The notes under the pieces are model-generated. The model ran no database searches, was not told the origin of the DNA, and saw only the letters and a program-made list of their open reading frames with translations. This document shows positions 24,846 to 45,345 of a stretch of DNA of 64,000 nt, in pieces. A program made the translations under genes and the position numbers. Source of the stretch: Octopus vulgaris (taxonomy: Eukaryota); assembly GCA_951406725.2 (NCBI GenBank), contig OX597824.1:81592001-81656000 (forward strand), written 5' to 3'. Position 1 is the stretch's first letter. Each line of letters begins with the position of its first letter.

Positions 24846-25395
24846 TCCAACATACAAAAGAAGATGAACTCAACCTAAATGCATGTAAAATGCAGTTAGA
24901 AGACAACGACGAAGTGCAGTTCACAATCTTTCAAAAGATTGTGAGAACCTGGCGTCTGTAATACTGCCAGACACACATAAATCACTACTAAGTGGAGAAT
25001 GATGATGGGGTAAATTCAGCATTCGAAATTTATAAAAGATTAGTGGTGAGGAAGAGTTATGGCGTTCACGTGATAGGAGAATGAATTATCTGGTTCTTTT
25101 ATTCATAAGGTTATACGGCCCGGTGAATATCTTCCAGAAATCCTGGACCTGGCAGTGCTTCCGAGAAGCATTTTCGCTGCGAGATAAACTCTATAGTAAA
25201 TAGGGTCTGTCCAAGATGGGCGCAGATTGATAAAATTGCTCTCAGTATCCAAAATTTAGAGAATTGTGACTTTCAAATTAAGTAAAGGCCCCACCCCCCA
25301 AACACACACGATATCATCAAATTGTAATTTTCTTTGTGAAATCAGTCGCATAATTGAAGGATCAATTATATCAGTAAGATCAGTAAGGATCAGTA

Positions 25396-25596
25396 AGATG
25401 GCGAACTGGTAGACTTGTTAGAAAACCGAGCGGAATGCTCAATGTCTTCGTGTTCTGAGTTCAAATTCCGCCGAGATCAAATTTACCTTCTATACTCCCG
25501 TGTTTGATAAAATAAGTACCAGTTATTCACTGAAGTCGATTCAATCGATTTAGACCATTCACCGAAAATGCTGGTCTTGTGGCAAAATTTGAAATC
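25396..25596 (+). mobile_element. SINE group C, old diverged copy
   Basis: GGCGAACTGG...GAGTTCAAATTCCGCCGAG...AAGTACCAGTT. Confidence 0.78.
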
Positions 25597-25764
25597 AGTA
25601 TTGTTGATTACCAGAATGGTTTACAGAATCTGGTCGCCATTGGTACGCGGTGTGCATCCCAGAGGAAAGTCGAATTGAAATTGCTTTTTATGGAACCATC
25701 TGACTATTCAAAGAAACAGTTTATGCACATACACACACACACACCTATATATTGTTGACTTGTT

Positions 25765-26097
25765 GACCCCCTTCGGTCACGGCACTGACCATGGGATTGC
25801 ACCTAGAAAGTTACCCTCCTAGTCACAAGTCTGGGCAAGGTTGTTTATGGAAGACCAGCAGTCGCCCATGCATACCGGCCTCCCCTCTCCACGCCACCAG
25901 TGTTATCCAAGGGAAAGGCAACGGCCGATACAGCTTGGCAACTGTGACGTCGCAACTCATTTCTACAGCTGAGTGAACTGGAGCAACGTGAAATAAAGTG
26001 TCTTGCTCAAGAACACAACACGCAACCCGGTCTGGGATTCGAGCTCACAACCTCACGATCGTAAGCTCGACGCTCTAACCATTGAGCCATGCGCCTT

Positions 26098-26098
<1 letters not shown>
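25765..26098 (-). mobile_element. SINE with group A-type head and alternative tail
   Basis: Reverse complement of the 20295-20639 type. Confidence 0.87.
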
Positions 26099-26163
<65 letters not shown>

Positions 26164-26699
26164 TGCATACATAAGGTGCGGGTTTTATGTATGCATGTAT
26201 GTATGTATGTATGTACACTTCAGCTTGCACGGAGGATGGAGTAATCGAAATAACAACCGTTCCATTATTTATTATTTTAACTGAAGCTTGACATTTGCAT
26301 TGTGTTTGAGACATTTAAAAGATAAAGTTTATCCCTGGAAGACAATGCCTTAGATATCGTATATTATGCGAGGGAAAATGAATGGGGAGACACTCCTCTA
26401 AATGTCCCAGTTTCGTTCAAAACCATACATAAATACACAAAGGCATAAACGCTACAATATTACACGTATTTATTGTGGCCTTTTTGTTTAACCTTAATAT
26501 TAAAACAACAAAAATACACGCGAAAAATATTCCCTGCCGATACATAACCTAAATAAAACTGTAAACGTAATTACACGCTGTATCGTTATCAATATGATTA
26601 CATTAATGTAAACCCGTTGCTTGTGTAACATTTGTACTCAAAGGCATAAGGTTAAATGAAAACTTGTACAAGAAATTGGTTTAATGGGGGTGGTTGATA

Positions 26700-27520
26700 T
26701 TGGTTTCAAATTTTTTACGCAAGGCCAACAATTTATGGACAGGGGATAAGTCAATTACATCGACTCCAGTACACCACTGGTATTTATTTTATCGATTCCG
26801 TAAGGATGAAAGGTAAGATCGACATCGGCGGAATTACAACTCAGAACGTAAAGGCAGACGAAATATTGCTAAGCATTTCGATCGGGGAGGCAACGTTTGT
26901 TATTTCTTTATTGCCCACAAGGGGCTAAACATAGAAGGGACAAACAAGGACAGACAAAGGGATTAAGTCGATTACATCGACCCCAGTGCGTAACTAGCAC
27001 TTATTTTATCGATTCCGAAATGATGAAAGATAAGATCGACGTCGGCGGTATTAGAATATATATTTCTTTACTACCCACAAGGAGCTAAACACAGAGGGGG
27101 ACAAACAAGGACACACAAATGGATTAAGTCGATTACATCGAACCCAGTGAGTAACTGGTACTTAATTTATCGACCCCGAAAGGATGAAAGGCAAATTCGA
27201 CCTCGACGGAATTTGAACTCAGAACGTAACGGCAGACGAAATACGGCTACGCATTTCGCCCGGCGTGCTAACGTTTCTGCCAGCTCGCCGCCTTGGGAAT
27301 GGTTAATACTCTTTTCAACTCTAGGCACAAGACCCGAAATTTTGGGGAGCGGGCCAGTCGATTAGATTGAGCCCAGTACGCAACTGGTACTTAATTTTTC
27401 GACGCCGAAAGGATGAAAGGCACAGTCGACCTCGGTGGAATTTGAACTCAGAACGTAAAAACAGACGAAATACCAATTTATTTATTGCCCACAAGGGGCC
27501 AAACACAGAAATGGACAAAA
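26700..27520 (-). mobile_element. Cluster of about five same-strand SINE group C copies and fragments
   Basis: Repeated GGATGAAAGG...GACCTCGGCGGAATTTGAACTCAGAACGTAA; a complete copy lies at ~27061-27293. Confidence 0.88.
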
Positions 27521-27549
27521 CAACTGATTCGGATCAATAATACGTTATA

Positions 27550-28648
27550 ATTTATATAAAATATGAATATAAAAATTATATAAGATATTAAAAAATCGAA
27601 TGAAATTAACAATACAGAGACAACACAAATGTAGCGATGATCAGTCCACGCTCCGACCCCACAAGTCCCGATCTATCGCTGGTACCCTTTTTTGTTCTTC
27701 GTTTATAGCCTATTCACACATTTCCTTGCACGCACAACACTTGTACAACATGCTTCCATCTCTTTTTGAACATACTCTCCGACAGACACCTCTTCTCCAG
27801 CCACACCTTCCTTTTGAAATGAAAAGTAAAAAAGATCGTAAATCGTGGCCGGAGATACAGTTGCCTGTCCTAATCCCCTTTATCCTAGTCTTCCATACTG
27901 CCTCCTTCGCTATTGCTACAACCGTGAGAAAACAATTCTTACCTTCGTTTGTTAAAATTTCCGGTGGGTCAATTTTTATAATTCACTCCGTCAACAGCCG
28001 TACACTTCCTTCGCCAGACAACAGATGTCCAGCATAAGCCCACATTTCAGATATCTCCAGACACTGGACAATAGCGTGAGGGACTGTTTCCCTGTCTCCC
28101 CCACATCTTGGACAGGTCGGAGACTGACGCTTACCATTTCTTGTGAGCTTATCCCAAACGGGCAAGGCACCTCTGTAACATTGCCAGGTCAAGGACTTTT
28201 GAAAGTTGTCCAACGTTCTCAACCCGAATGTACGATGGAACAGGGAGTCCAGTTGAATATACCCAAGATCTAGTGTCGCCCCCAGGCCATCTTCACATTC
28301 AAACTCTACCAACCCACTATGTAAACTTCGTGTAGATCCCCCACCGCTGGCGTCACCAGAGCGCCGGAATAGCAGGAGAGCCTTACGACACTCTTTATGC
28401 CATTCACTCGACCTCTGTCTACGAAAACACCAGGCTTCCTGTTCACAAAATCTTTTGAACTCACGGAACATTTGTCTGGCCAGCAGAGACCACACCATTC
28501 ACCATCCAGGAGAATCCACAATTGCCTCAACCTCAACGCATGCCTGTGCATCATTAACCAATGCATCCCTAAATCTCCCTTTAACGGCTTTTGACAGCAG
28601 ACAGAACGTTTCACAAGTGGCGACCTGCCCTTCCATAAAAATTTACTG
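27550..28648 (-). pseudogene. 5'-truncated L1/Tx1-type LINE: ORF2 C-terminus (zf-RVT/CCHC) and 3' UTR
   Basis: Frameshifted ORFs 28306-28665 (FLWKG...QKPLKGDLG) and 27983-28498 (WQCYRGALPV...CPRCGGDRETVPHAIVQC) match the L1-clade FLW...GGLG and CxxC...H...C motifs. Confidence 0.85.
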
Positions 28649-29560
28649 AATGTTGAATACAACATTCCTTAACTTGCCTTGAGCCGTCAACGTCTGCTGA
28701 GGTCATAGAAGCATCATCGTGACTTACAGAATGCTTTGGGCATTTTAAAACCTGCAGATCTCATCTTTCCATATGCCCAGTCGCGGCCAATTTTTCCAGC
28801 AAATACGTTCCGGATTCAAATTCCGCTGAGGTCGACTTTCCCTTGCGTCCTTCCGGGGGTCGAAAAAATACGTACCAGTTGCATATGGAGGTCGATCTAA
28901 TCGACTGGCCCCTTTCCCCTAAATTTCCTGCCTTGTGCCTAGAGTTGAAAATAATAACAATTATTTCTACCATGGGAACAAACAAAAATTCTGGATGGTG
29001 GGATGGTTACAAGTCGGTTCCATCGACCCCCGAGATTGACTACTTCTTAGTTTACAGACGCCAACAGGATGAAATGTCAAAGTCGTCCTTGCCGGAATTT
29101 GAGCTTAAAGCCAGAAGAAGTGCTGCTAATCATTTTTGTCTGCCTTGCTAATCATTCTGCCAGCTCGCCGCCCTTTTGATAAAAAATAAGAAGAAACCTA
29201 AAATATTACTTTGTGAAACTGATGCACTAACTAGCAAAGTAGATTGGTTGTGTTTCTTTATTTATTTGCATTATTTGCGTCATACAGATATTAATTACCA
29301 CTCAACAAATACGAAGCCTTCCATTTACCATTTCCATTAAATTTAATTATTATGATTTATTTAATTTGAAATGCATTGCGTAAACCTTAAACACCACTAC
29401 TAGTTATTAAATGTTGAATACAACATTCCTTAACTTGCCTTGAGCCGTCAACATCTGCTGAGGTCATAGAAGCATCATTGTGACCTACAGAATGCTTCGG
29501 GCATTTTAAAACCTGCAGATCTCATCTTTCCATATGCCCAGTCGCGGCCAATTTTTCCAG
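28649..29560. repeat. 151-bp direct repeat (28649-28799 / 29410-29560) bracketing a tail-to-tail pair of decayed SINE-C copies
   Basis: AATGTTGAATACAAC...TTTTTCCAG occurs twice with ~4 substitutions; SINE-C (+) at ~28800-28950 and (-) at ~28965-29173. Confidence 0.85.
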
Positions 29561-30117
29561 AAAATATATAGAAAGAGAAGCAACCATATTACAGAACTTC
29601 GAAATGATGTTGGGAAATTTTGGCCCCAGCAAAATTTGTAGTTAGAGCGAAGAGATCTTGATTGAATACCTCATGGTGTTGTATTGTACGTTCTCACAGC
29701 TCTGTGATTACGCTACTTTGAAGGCAAAATAGTTCAGGTAATAAAGCATTTATCCCGAAGTTCATTGAAACTTGGTCACTGTTTCATATGCGGCACTTGC
29801 TTCTAGGTTATGTCGTCGCTGAACACTTTTCTATTCTAATTATCTGGCAGGTATTTTATCTATGCTGTTATTACTTGTCACACGAGCATAAATAAACCAT
29901 TCAATTATGTGGTTAAATTCCAATCAATTGCCACATTAAACAGGTCTCGTGGAGATAACATGCAAAATCAAGTTTGACAGGGCTTCAAACGAAAAATTAA
30001 AGGAACACAGGTTCAAAAATGTAGTTACATTCTTTTAAAGAGATGAATTATTTAGAGGTAGATTAGAGGGCTTTGTATAATAAACTGAAGCTTACCATAG
30101 ACTTATTTGTTCCTTCT

Positions 30118-30323
30118 CAAGCCATGCCTAGCTCCCGGTTTCCTTGGTGTATAGGTTCCCCACCGTCAGAGGTTTACACTCACTTTTGCCAGCTGAGTGA
30201 ACTGCAACAATGTGAAACGAAGTGTTTTGCTCAAGAACACAACGCATCGCCCGGTCCAAGAATCGAAACCACAACCTTGCGATCATGAATTCAACTCCCT
30301 AACCACTAAGCCATGCGCCTCCA
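30118..30323 (-). mobile_element. SINE with group A-type head and a further tail type
   Basis: Reverse complement reads GGAGGCGCATGGCTTAGTGGTTAGGG...GGTTTCGATTC...TTCTTGAGCAAAACAC. Confidence 0.78.
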
Positions 30324-31039
30324 CGTCCCTGTATGGATTTCTTAATTTTTCATTTAGGTGTTCGACAAGTTTAAATATATCTTTAATTTATTTAGACCTA
30401 TAAATCTATGTACCCCTTTGAAATCCTTTCACAGTCTTCTCCAGGAGTGTAGGTCGCCTCTTTATGATTATCAACACTTTATTCACTAACTAAATGCTAC
30501 TAAGCTCGAGTGAGGTTATGTTAATTCAAAGGAATAGACCGATTTGAAAGCGAATACATGCCACTTGAATATAATTCAAAGTTACCAGATTTAATTAGCC
30601 AAGAAGACACAACACATCATAGCACAGTCTAGAAATAGCAGGGAATACTTAATTAGCACGAGAATATAATGAATACCATGCTATGATATACACAAAGCAA
30701 AACAATAAACCGATTCTTTTCACTTACACTCGTAATACAGTTATCTTCAATGTATATGCACGAACAGATTTCTTTTTTATTCACACTGAATCGCTAATCG
30801 TTTAACAGCTAAACTGCAAGTTCTTTAAACAGCAGGGGTTTTATTTTTTCTGTAACAATAGCATCATGGATGAACTAGTTTAGCTGTCTGAAAAATATAT
30901 ATAACAGTTGTCGTATTCATTTTGTATGTATTTATTTCGTTCGTGTGATATCGAAATATTTATTTCAATGCCTAGACAAACAGCATCAGGTGGACATGGA
31001 GTAGAGATGTCAGCAGCTAACGTCGATGTCAGTTAACTC

Positions 31040-31575
31040 GTAGATAGTTATAATCCTATAATCGCAGATCAGACTACAGTGATCTTATTCAATCCATCGG
31101 CATTAATTTTTAGACTGCAAGCATTAATTTAAATGCAACGTGAAGTATGGTGTTGAGAAGAACGTCTGGTTTGTACGAGGCAATAAATGAGAATCCATTC
31201 ATCGATCAATCACCTTCTGAAAGAGAAATCAGGACACGAGATTAAATCTGCCACAAAAACTATATGCAAGAGATAGCTGAACAACAAATCCCCAAAATAA
31301 CAAGCTGGCAATAAGAAAAAACAACTGCTTCAACAAGCTGAGGTTACAATTGATCTGTTGTGATTGTAACTAGGCATGAATTTGTTAATGGGTATATGAG
31401 AACTGTTATTATTTCTTCAAGGTCAGTAAAGTCAATAGCAGATTTGCCCTTCATATTACCAACACCCATGGCCGATCCCTGCGAGGCTGTCTCTATATTC
31501 GAACTGGTAATGAACGAGCAGGCAGACATTGCAGGGGTGTCAAACAAAGAGATGATGCTCTTGATAGAATATCAT
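31040..31575 (+). pseudogene. Possible highly decayed Helitron Rep fragment
   Basis: VEKNVWFVRGN ... GYMR ... ADLPFIL ... EQADIAGV..K...L occur in the same order as Helitron Rep motifs (IE..RL.FIR.NQ / RYM / PDLFIT / DRPDIVARVF). Similarity is weak and judged by eye. Confidence 0.3.
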
Positions 31576-31580
31576 TATAT

Positions 31581-31815
31581 AAGTCGGCGAGCTGGCAGAA
31601 ACGTTAGCACGCCAGGCAAAATGCTTTGTAGTATTTCGTCCGCCACTGCGTTCTGAGTTCAAATTCCGCCGAGGTCGATTTTGCCTTTCATCCTTTCGGA
31701 CTCGATTAAATAAGTACCAGTTACGCACTGGAGTCGATATAATCGACTTAATCCCTTTGTCTGTCCTTGTTTGTCCCCTCTATGTTTAGCCCCCTGTGGA
31801 CAATAAAGAAATAAG
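31581..31815 (+). mobile_element. SINE group C, full length
   Basis: Matches 13611-13842. Confidence 0.9.
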
Positions 31816-32431
31816 AATATCATTATATGTGTTTGTGAGAGGGAGGGAGAGAGAGAGGCCACCTTTGAGTGCTACTGGTAACATGTAACCCCGTACTACC
31901 TGTCACATGGTTACATCGTCGGTAACTAAACAATAGACCTCAAACGGAGGGTGATTTCAGGACACCTTCAGGAGAAAGGACAAGACCCGTCAATGGACGG
32001 AGGAACTATTGAGAGTCAACGACCATCCTATCCAGGTCTGCTGTTCAAACGTCGCGTGGCGTACATGTAAGAACTGTTGTTGTCAGCAGTAACAAAAAGT
32101 GTGAATGGTACCACTCAAACTCTTACCACTTTGAACAAGTCACTGTTTAGGCTATTCAAGAGGTTTGATCACTACAATTATGAGATCATCATGAAAAGCG
32201 CCCTCTACCCGTTTTATGTGTGTATGTGTTTATATATAAGCAGGAGAAAAAGAAAACAAGTGATGGAAGGCGGAAAAGAAGAGAAGAAAAAAGAAGGAAA
32301 GTGAAAAGTAGAAAGATGGTAAAAAAGTGAAAAACAGTGAAAGAAGGGAGAAAAGGTAAACCAACTGAGCAACTGAGGAAAAAGTAAACTTCACTGGCTC
32401 TTGTGCGTACAATAGGACGAAAGAGTCCATC

Positions 32432-32463
<32 letters not shown>

Positions 32464-32527
32464 GATGTTTCGACCGAAGATTTGCCCAGGCCATGTCTAA
32501 CTTAATAGCACCACCTGATAATATATA

Positions 32528-32580
<53 letters not shown>

Positions 32581-33234
32581 ATATATATGTATCTGTAAAT
32601 CTATCTTATATCTATAGCTATGTATATATATTTAGCGACTGAAGAAGGGGTTTTTCTTTGTGTTAATTGTCCTGTACTCCCTTTTTTTTGCTGATTTTAA
32701 ATAAATGTCCAGTTCCTTTCGTTTGTGTCTGTTTCCGTTTCTCATTGTGTTCGACGTCCTTTTGGTGTCCTGTACTCATATATGCGTGTATATGTACATG
32801 TAGAGGTAGGTACGTACATATATGTTTATATATATGCATTGTTTTATTTTATTTATTAATATATTATATATATATATATATATATTCTAGAATCTTTCTC
32901 TTGCCATTTAGAGGAATATTATAAAGGCCAGGCATATATTTGTGTAATCAATAAGGCACCGGTCTACCATGGGATGGAAGATGCTATTCAGGATATTTAA
33001 ATTGTTGCTTGAAACATCTGGAGGTTTATTCATTTGCACTTAATTCCTAGGAGGAATGCTTATCAGCCATAAAATATGCAATAAAAGCGAAATTTCACAA
33101 GGCACCGAGCACAGAAATAGCGAACAATCACGCAAGTTTTATAAAGTTGCATTATACAATACTTCCAGAAAATAAGTATTACTTGCCGGTGGCATACTTA
33201 CCTTTGATATACATTGGAGGTATTACAAAGATAT

Positions 33235-33838
33235 AAGGCGGCGAACTGGCAGGATCGTTAGCACGTAGGACAACATTCTTAGTGGTATTTCCTCTGCCGT
33301 TACGTTCTGAGTTCAAATTCCGCCGAGGTTGACTTTGCCTTTCATCCTTTCGGGGTCGATTAAATAAGTACCAGTTACGCACTGGGTTCGATATAATCGA
33401 CTTAATCTGTTTTTCTGTCCTTGTTTGTCCTCTCTGTGTTTAGCTCCTTGTGGGTAGTAAAGAAATAGGTATTTCGCCTGTCGCTACGTTCTGAATTCAA
33501 ATTCCGCCGAGGTCGACTTTGCCTTTCATCCTTTCGGAATCGATTAAATAAGTACCAGTTACGCACTGGGGTCGATATAATCGACTTAATCCGTTTGTCT
33601 GTCCTTGTTCGTCCTCTCTGTGTTTAGCCCCTTGTGGGTAATAAAGAAATAAGTATTTAGTCTTCTGCTACATTCTGAGTTCAAATTCCGCCGAGGTCGA
33701 CTTTGCCTTTCATCCTTTCGGGGTCGATTAGATAAGTACCAGTTACGCACTGGAGTCGATATAATTGACTTAATCTGTTTGTCTATCCTTGTTTTCCCCC
33801 TCTTTGTTTAGCCCCTTGTGGGTAATAAAGAAACAGGT
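33235..33838 (+). mobile_element. SINE group C multimer: one head plus three ~185-bp tandem bodies
   Basis: Bodies restart at GTATTT after AAGAAATA at ~33469 and ~33653. Confidence 0.9.
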
Positions 33839-34222
33839 ATTAAAAGCGATGCTATACATTCTATGAAATAAATTGTTTGTGTTTGTGTGTGTGTGCGTGT
33901 TAAAAAATTTGAAATTGTCCACAAAATGCTTCTTTTAAAATCCTTATTCTCATTTTCAAATTACTATTCTCCATTTGAAATCATAATCCCACACAGAAGC
34001 TGCTCTTCTGTTTTTGAAATCATTTTTTTTTCCACTTAGAAATAGTTATTCTAATTTCAAAATTGTCATTCTTACACTGAAATTGCTTTTCTCAATTTGA
34101 AACCGTTACTACCATTTTCAAAAAATGCCATCATGAATTTCAATTCCTTAATATCATCTTGAAGTTGATATATTCAATTTAAACCCTTTGAAAACATTAT
34201 TTTCAATTTGGAAACATTTCTA

Positions 34223-34690
34223 GGATCTTTATTCTTTGAACGGTAGATCGAGAAAATAATCTTCTATAACTAAACACTTACAAACTTCGGACACTGGTAG
34301 AATGTGTCATACAAAATATCTTTTGCTCTTAGTGTTGTTGAGAAAAGTTTGTATTTTCAAAGTTATTTCGTGTTAAAGTTGTATTTCGGAATTTTCAACC
34401 AATCAATGACGTGTATTCAACTGAATAAAATTACTGCTGTTGTTTGTCAACAACAACTTCCTGCGGTGTATTTTTCGTTTGTCACTGTTATTTATGACAT
34501 CGTTCGTGCGTTTGTAGTGGTTTTAGCTTTAGGATTTTAGGGTTAGTGTTTTAGAGTAAATATAAGTTTTTCTCAAAAATGCTAAGAGTAAAAGATGTTT
34601 TATATGACACATTCTACCAGTGTTCGAAGTTTGAAAGTGTTTACTTGCAAAAAATTAATTTCTCGATCTGCCGTTCAAAGGGAATAATCC
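34223..34690. mobile_element. 468-bp MITE with ~130-bp imperfect TIRs, GG...CC ends and an 8-bp TSD (Merlin- or MULE-like)
   Basis: CATTTCTA at 34215-34222 and 34691-34698. TTTGAACGG..GATCGAGAAA...CACTGGTAGAATGTGTCATA is inverted at the two ends. Confidence 0.88.
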
Positions 34691-35218
34691 CATTTCTATC
34701 ACTTTGAAATGTTTGTTTTCTATTTGAGAGTGTACACTATTCTTAATCACAATTGTTATTCTCATATTGAAATCACAATTATGATTTGGAATATCCTCCA
34801 TTTAAAATCGGTATTCTCACTTTAAAATTGCTTTTCTGTTCAGATATTGATATGCTCACTGCTGAAGAGTGAGGCATACGAAATATCGCTTCTCTTTTCT
34901 GTATTTTTTTTTTTGCATAATTCTTTCCATCGGCATAATTTAAGTATAGGTATGTTTTGCAACACTGTACACAATATTCAAGCACTGTCATTATTGACAG
35001 GTAGTGAACTAATAACAATATGCTTAGTAATCAAATATTTAAAAACCACTACTCTATATTTTAACCATCAAGATTTAATGAAAAACTATGGGCTTCAACT
35101 GCTAGAGTTACTTACTTGAAACATTTATCAAAATGCTCTTATTTAGGGTTCCTTTTAATAGTTCTGACATTTGTATGGAGATGGAAAAAGTACAAATGCA
35201 CAGGTAAATCATTTTAAA

Positions 35219-35259
<41 letters not shown>

Positions 35260-35304
35260 ATATATATATTTATATATCCATCCATTATCTATCTATCTAT
35301 CTAT

Positions 35305-35357
<53 letters not shown>

Positions 35358-35622
35358 ATAGATAGATAGATATAATAGAAATATGTTACAAAAAGAAAAT
35401 AGAAACTACACGTGGAAATGTAAGGGGAAAGTAAGAAAAATTTACGAAAATGCACATTGAAAATCGAAAAAAAAGGAAAGGCTTTTTATGAAGAGTAACG
35501 ATAAATATATACAATTAGAGGAACTGAAGTAGGATTAAAAGTAATAAAAGGCATTATTGTGAGATTATTAAAGAGATTTAAGTGCGTACCGGTTTCGTAA
35601 ATTTACTAATCATTGTTTTGAA

Positions 35623-35960
<338 letters not shown>

Positions 35961-36692
35961 ATGTATATATATATTACGGCAACTAGCTGTCGCACAGATC
36001 GTTATCACGAGATGCAAAATGATTACCGGCATTTCGTCCGTCTTCACGCTCTGAGTTCCAATGCCGCCGAGAGCGAAATTGCATTTCATCCTTTGAGGGT
36101 TTAATCGACTCAATCCTTTCTCCCGATATTGCTGCCCCTTATGCCAAAATTTGAAATATATATATATATATATATGCAAGCAAGCATACACAGACACCCG
36201 AATAAAGCAGATTGGTCCAGCATGACTGCATGTCGCAGAGCTGAAACGAGTAAAAGAACAGCAGAAACCCGCGTATATCTACTTCGATGTATATCATTAG
36301 ACTTACTATGCAGATGATACATATAAATGCGCTCCTGTACAAAAACACGTTTATTTTCTACCCTGTACCAGCCCAAAAGCTCTTTGCAGTGGCAAAGCTG
36401 TCACCACATGTATGCAGTCTGGCAATCTTTGAACAATTGCATATTGACAGCTCATTGATTGATTGTCGTCTGATGTGAGTCATATAGCATTATTGCATGA
36501 ACGTCTGAAGTGGTTCCGATGTTTTTTTTGTGTGTTTATTGTTTGCTTTTGTTTTTCACGGGTAGCTTGTTATGTGTGCGGCTGAATTCTGTATTCAAGC
36601 CTATTATTATATGATTTTATGTGTACAAATTACTGCGCTCGTATAGGGGGCACATCTATGTATTTCTAGATATATGCATACGTGGACAGGTT

Positions 36693-36822
<130 letters not shown>

Positions 36823-36831
36823 AAATGAAGA

Positions 36832-36870
<39 letters not shown>

Positions 36871-36874
<4 letters not shown>

Positions 36875-36965
36875 ACTTAGATATACGCGTACATTTATAT
36901 ACAGATATATATATATGTGTGTTTGTATGTATGTGCGTGTGCATATGTATGTCATATCATTATTA

Positions 36966-37009
<44 letters not shown>

Positions 37010-37104
37010 GAAGACTTAGATATACGCGTACATTTATATACAGATATATATATATGTGTGTTTGTATGTATGTGCGTGTGCATATGTATGTCATATCATT
37101 ATTA

Positions 37105-37110
<6 letters not shown>
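36871..37110. repeat. Exact ~100-bp tandem duplication separated by (TA)n
   Basis: AAGACTTAGATATACGCGTAC...CATTATTATTAATA occurs twice. Confidence 0.85.
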
Positions 37111-37176
<66 letters not shown>

Positions 37177-37327
37177 CATACATGTAGAGGAAGAGAGAGA
37201 TAGAAAGATACATAGAGTCACGCACACACTCACAGACACACACACATACATTTTGATTAAGTAGGTTCAGCGTAGCTGAGTTTCCTTAGATTCTGAGGAA
37301 AATAAAACTGCGTTTCTCAATGAAACG

Positions 37328-44350
<7,023 letters not shown>

Positions 44351-45164
44351 CTAAGCTCTACTATAGTACATTATATTTGTTGTTGTTGTTAAACAGCTCA
44401 TACATTAAAAATAATAAATATATCATTTTGAAATTAGAGATCGAAAAATAGAAATGATATTGCATCTAGTTTATGCAAGCGGATGAAAATAAGTTTGTTG
44501 ACCTGGCTACAGTGGTGTATATAAGCATATAAACAAAATGAATGTTCACTAAGAGGTAGGCGAAGATATCCTTGAACCAGAGAAATCGAGAGGAATACGA
44601 AAAATATTTAGACAAATACACTTAAATAATACAAAATTAAAAGCAAAAGAATGTTGAGAGAATTTTTTAGAATTATGTTTGGTATTAAAATTGAAGACAG
44701 AGCGTAGAGAATATCCTTGAGAACAAAGAAAACGAAATTAAAAGCAAATCCGAAACGAAATATTAGAAAACAAAACTGAAGAAATATTGGAATATTAAAT
44801 TATTTTGAAAAATAAAGATAAGAGAAATAAAATTTGATATGAAAAAGCAAAATGGAAATTATAGAAAAAAAACTGATAAATAAGATTAAAAATATTGAAA
44901 TAAAAAAGAGAATAATATTTAAAATAAACTACTGTAAGAAAATTGGGAAAAAATAGCGTAAAACAGAATTGTAAAAAATACAATTGAATAAAGAAATTTG
45001 TATAAAAAAGAAACGAACATTTTTGAAGAAAATGTTTTAAAAATCATAATTTTAAAATAAAATAGTGCAACAACACTGCAAAATGAAATATTTTAGAAAT
45101 AAACAGAAGAAAAGAAAAAAAAAGGAAAGAAATTGAATCGAAATTTTCCATCGAGAAAGAGATT

Positions 45165-45345
45165 AAAGCGCGGAAGTGAAAGTAAAGAAAATTGACCTTG
45201 AAATGGTGAATGAATGTGAAGTCGATGTTTCATAATAACTGTTGACCTGTGAGACAATATGGCTGTGATGATATAATAATGTCGGCATTACATACACTAG
45301 CGACAGCAGTGATTGTAACTTATGGTGACGTCATCGATCGGTAAT
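45165..45345. promoter_or_regulatory. Candidate cis-regulatory module (ETS, SF1/ERR-type and CRE motifs)
   Basis: CGGAAGTG 45171-45178, TGACCTTGA 45193-45201, TGACCT 45243-45248 and perfect TGACGTCA 45326-45333 in a unique-sequence island. Confidence 0.3.

Noticed and set aside
31857-32060. LINE 5' UTR-like segment, possibly with an HDV-like ribozyme
   Set aside because: I could not build the nested double pseudoknot by eye, and the family identity is uncertain.
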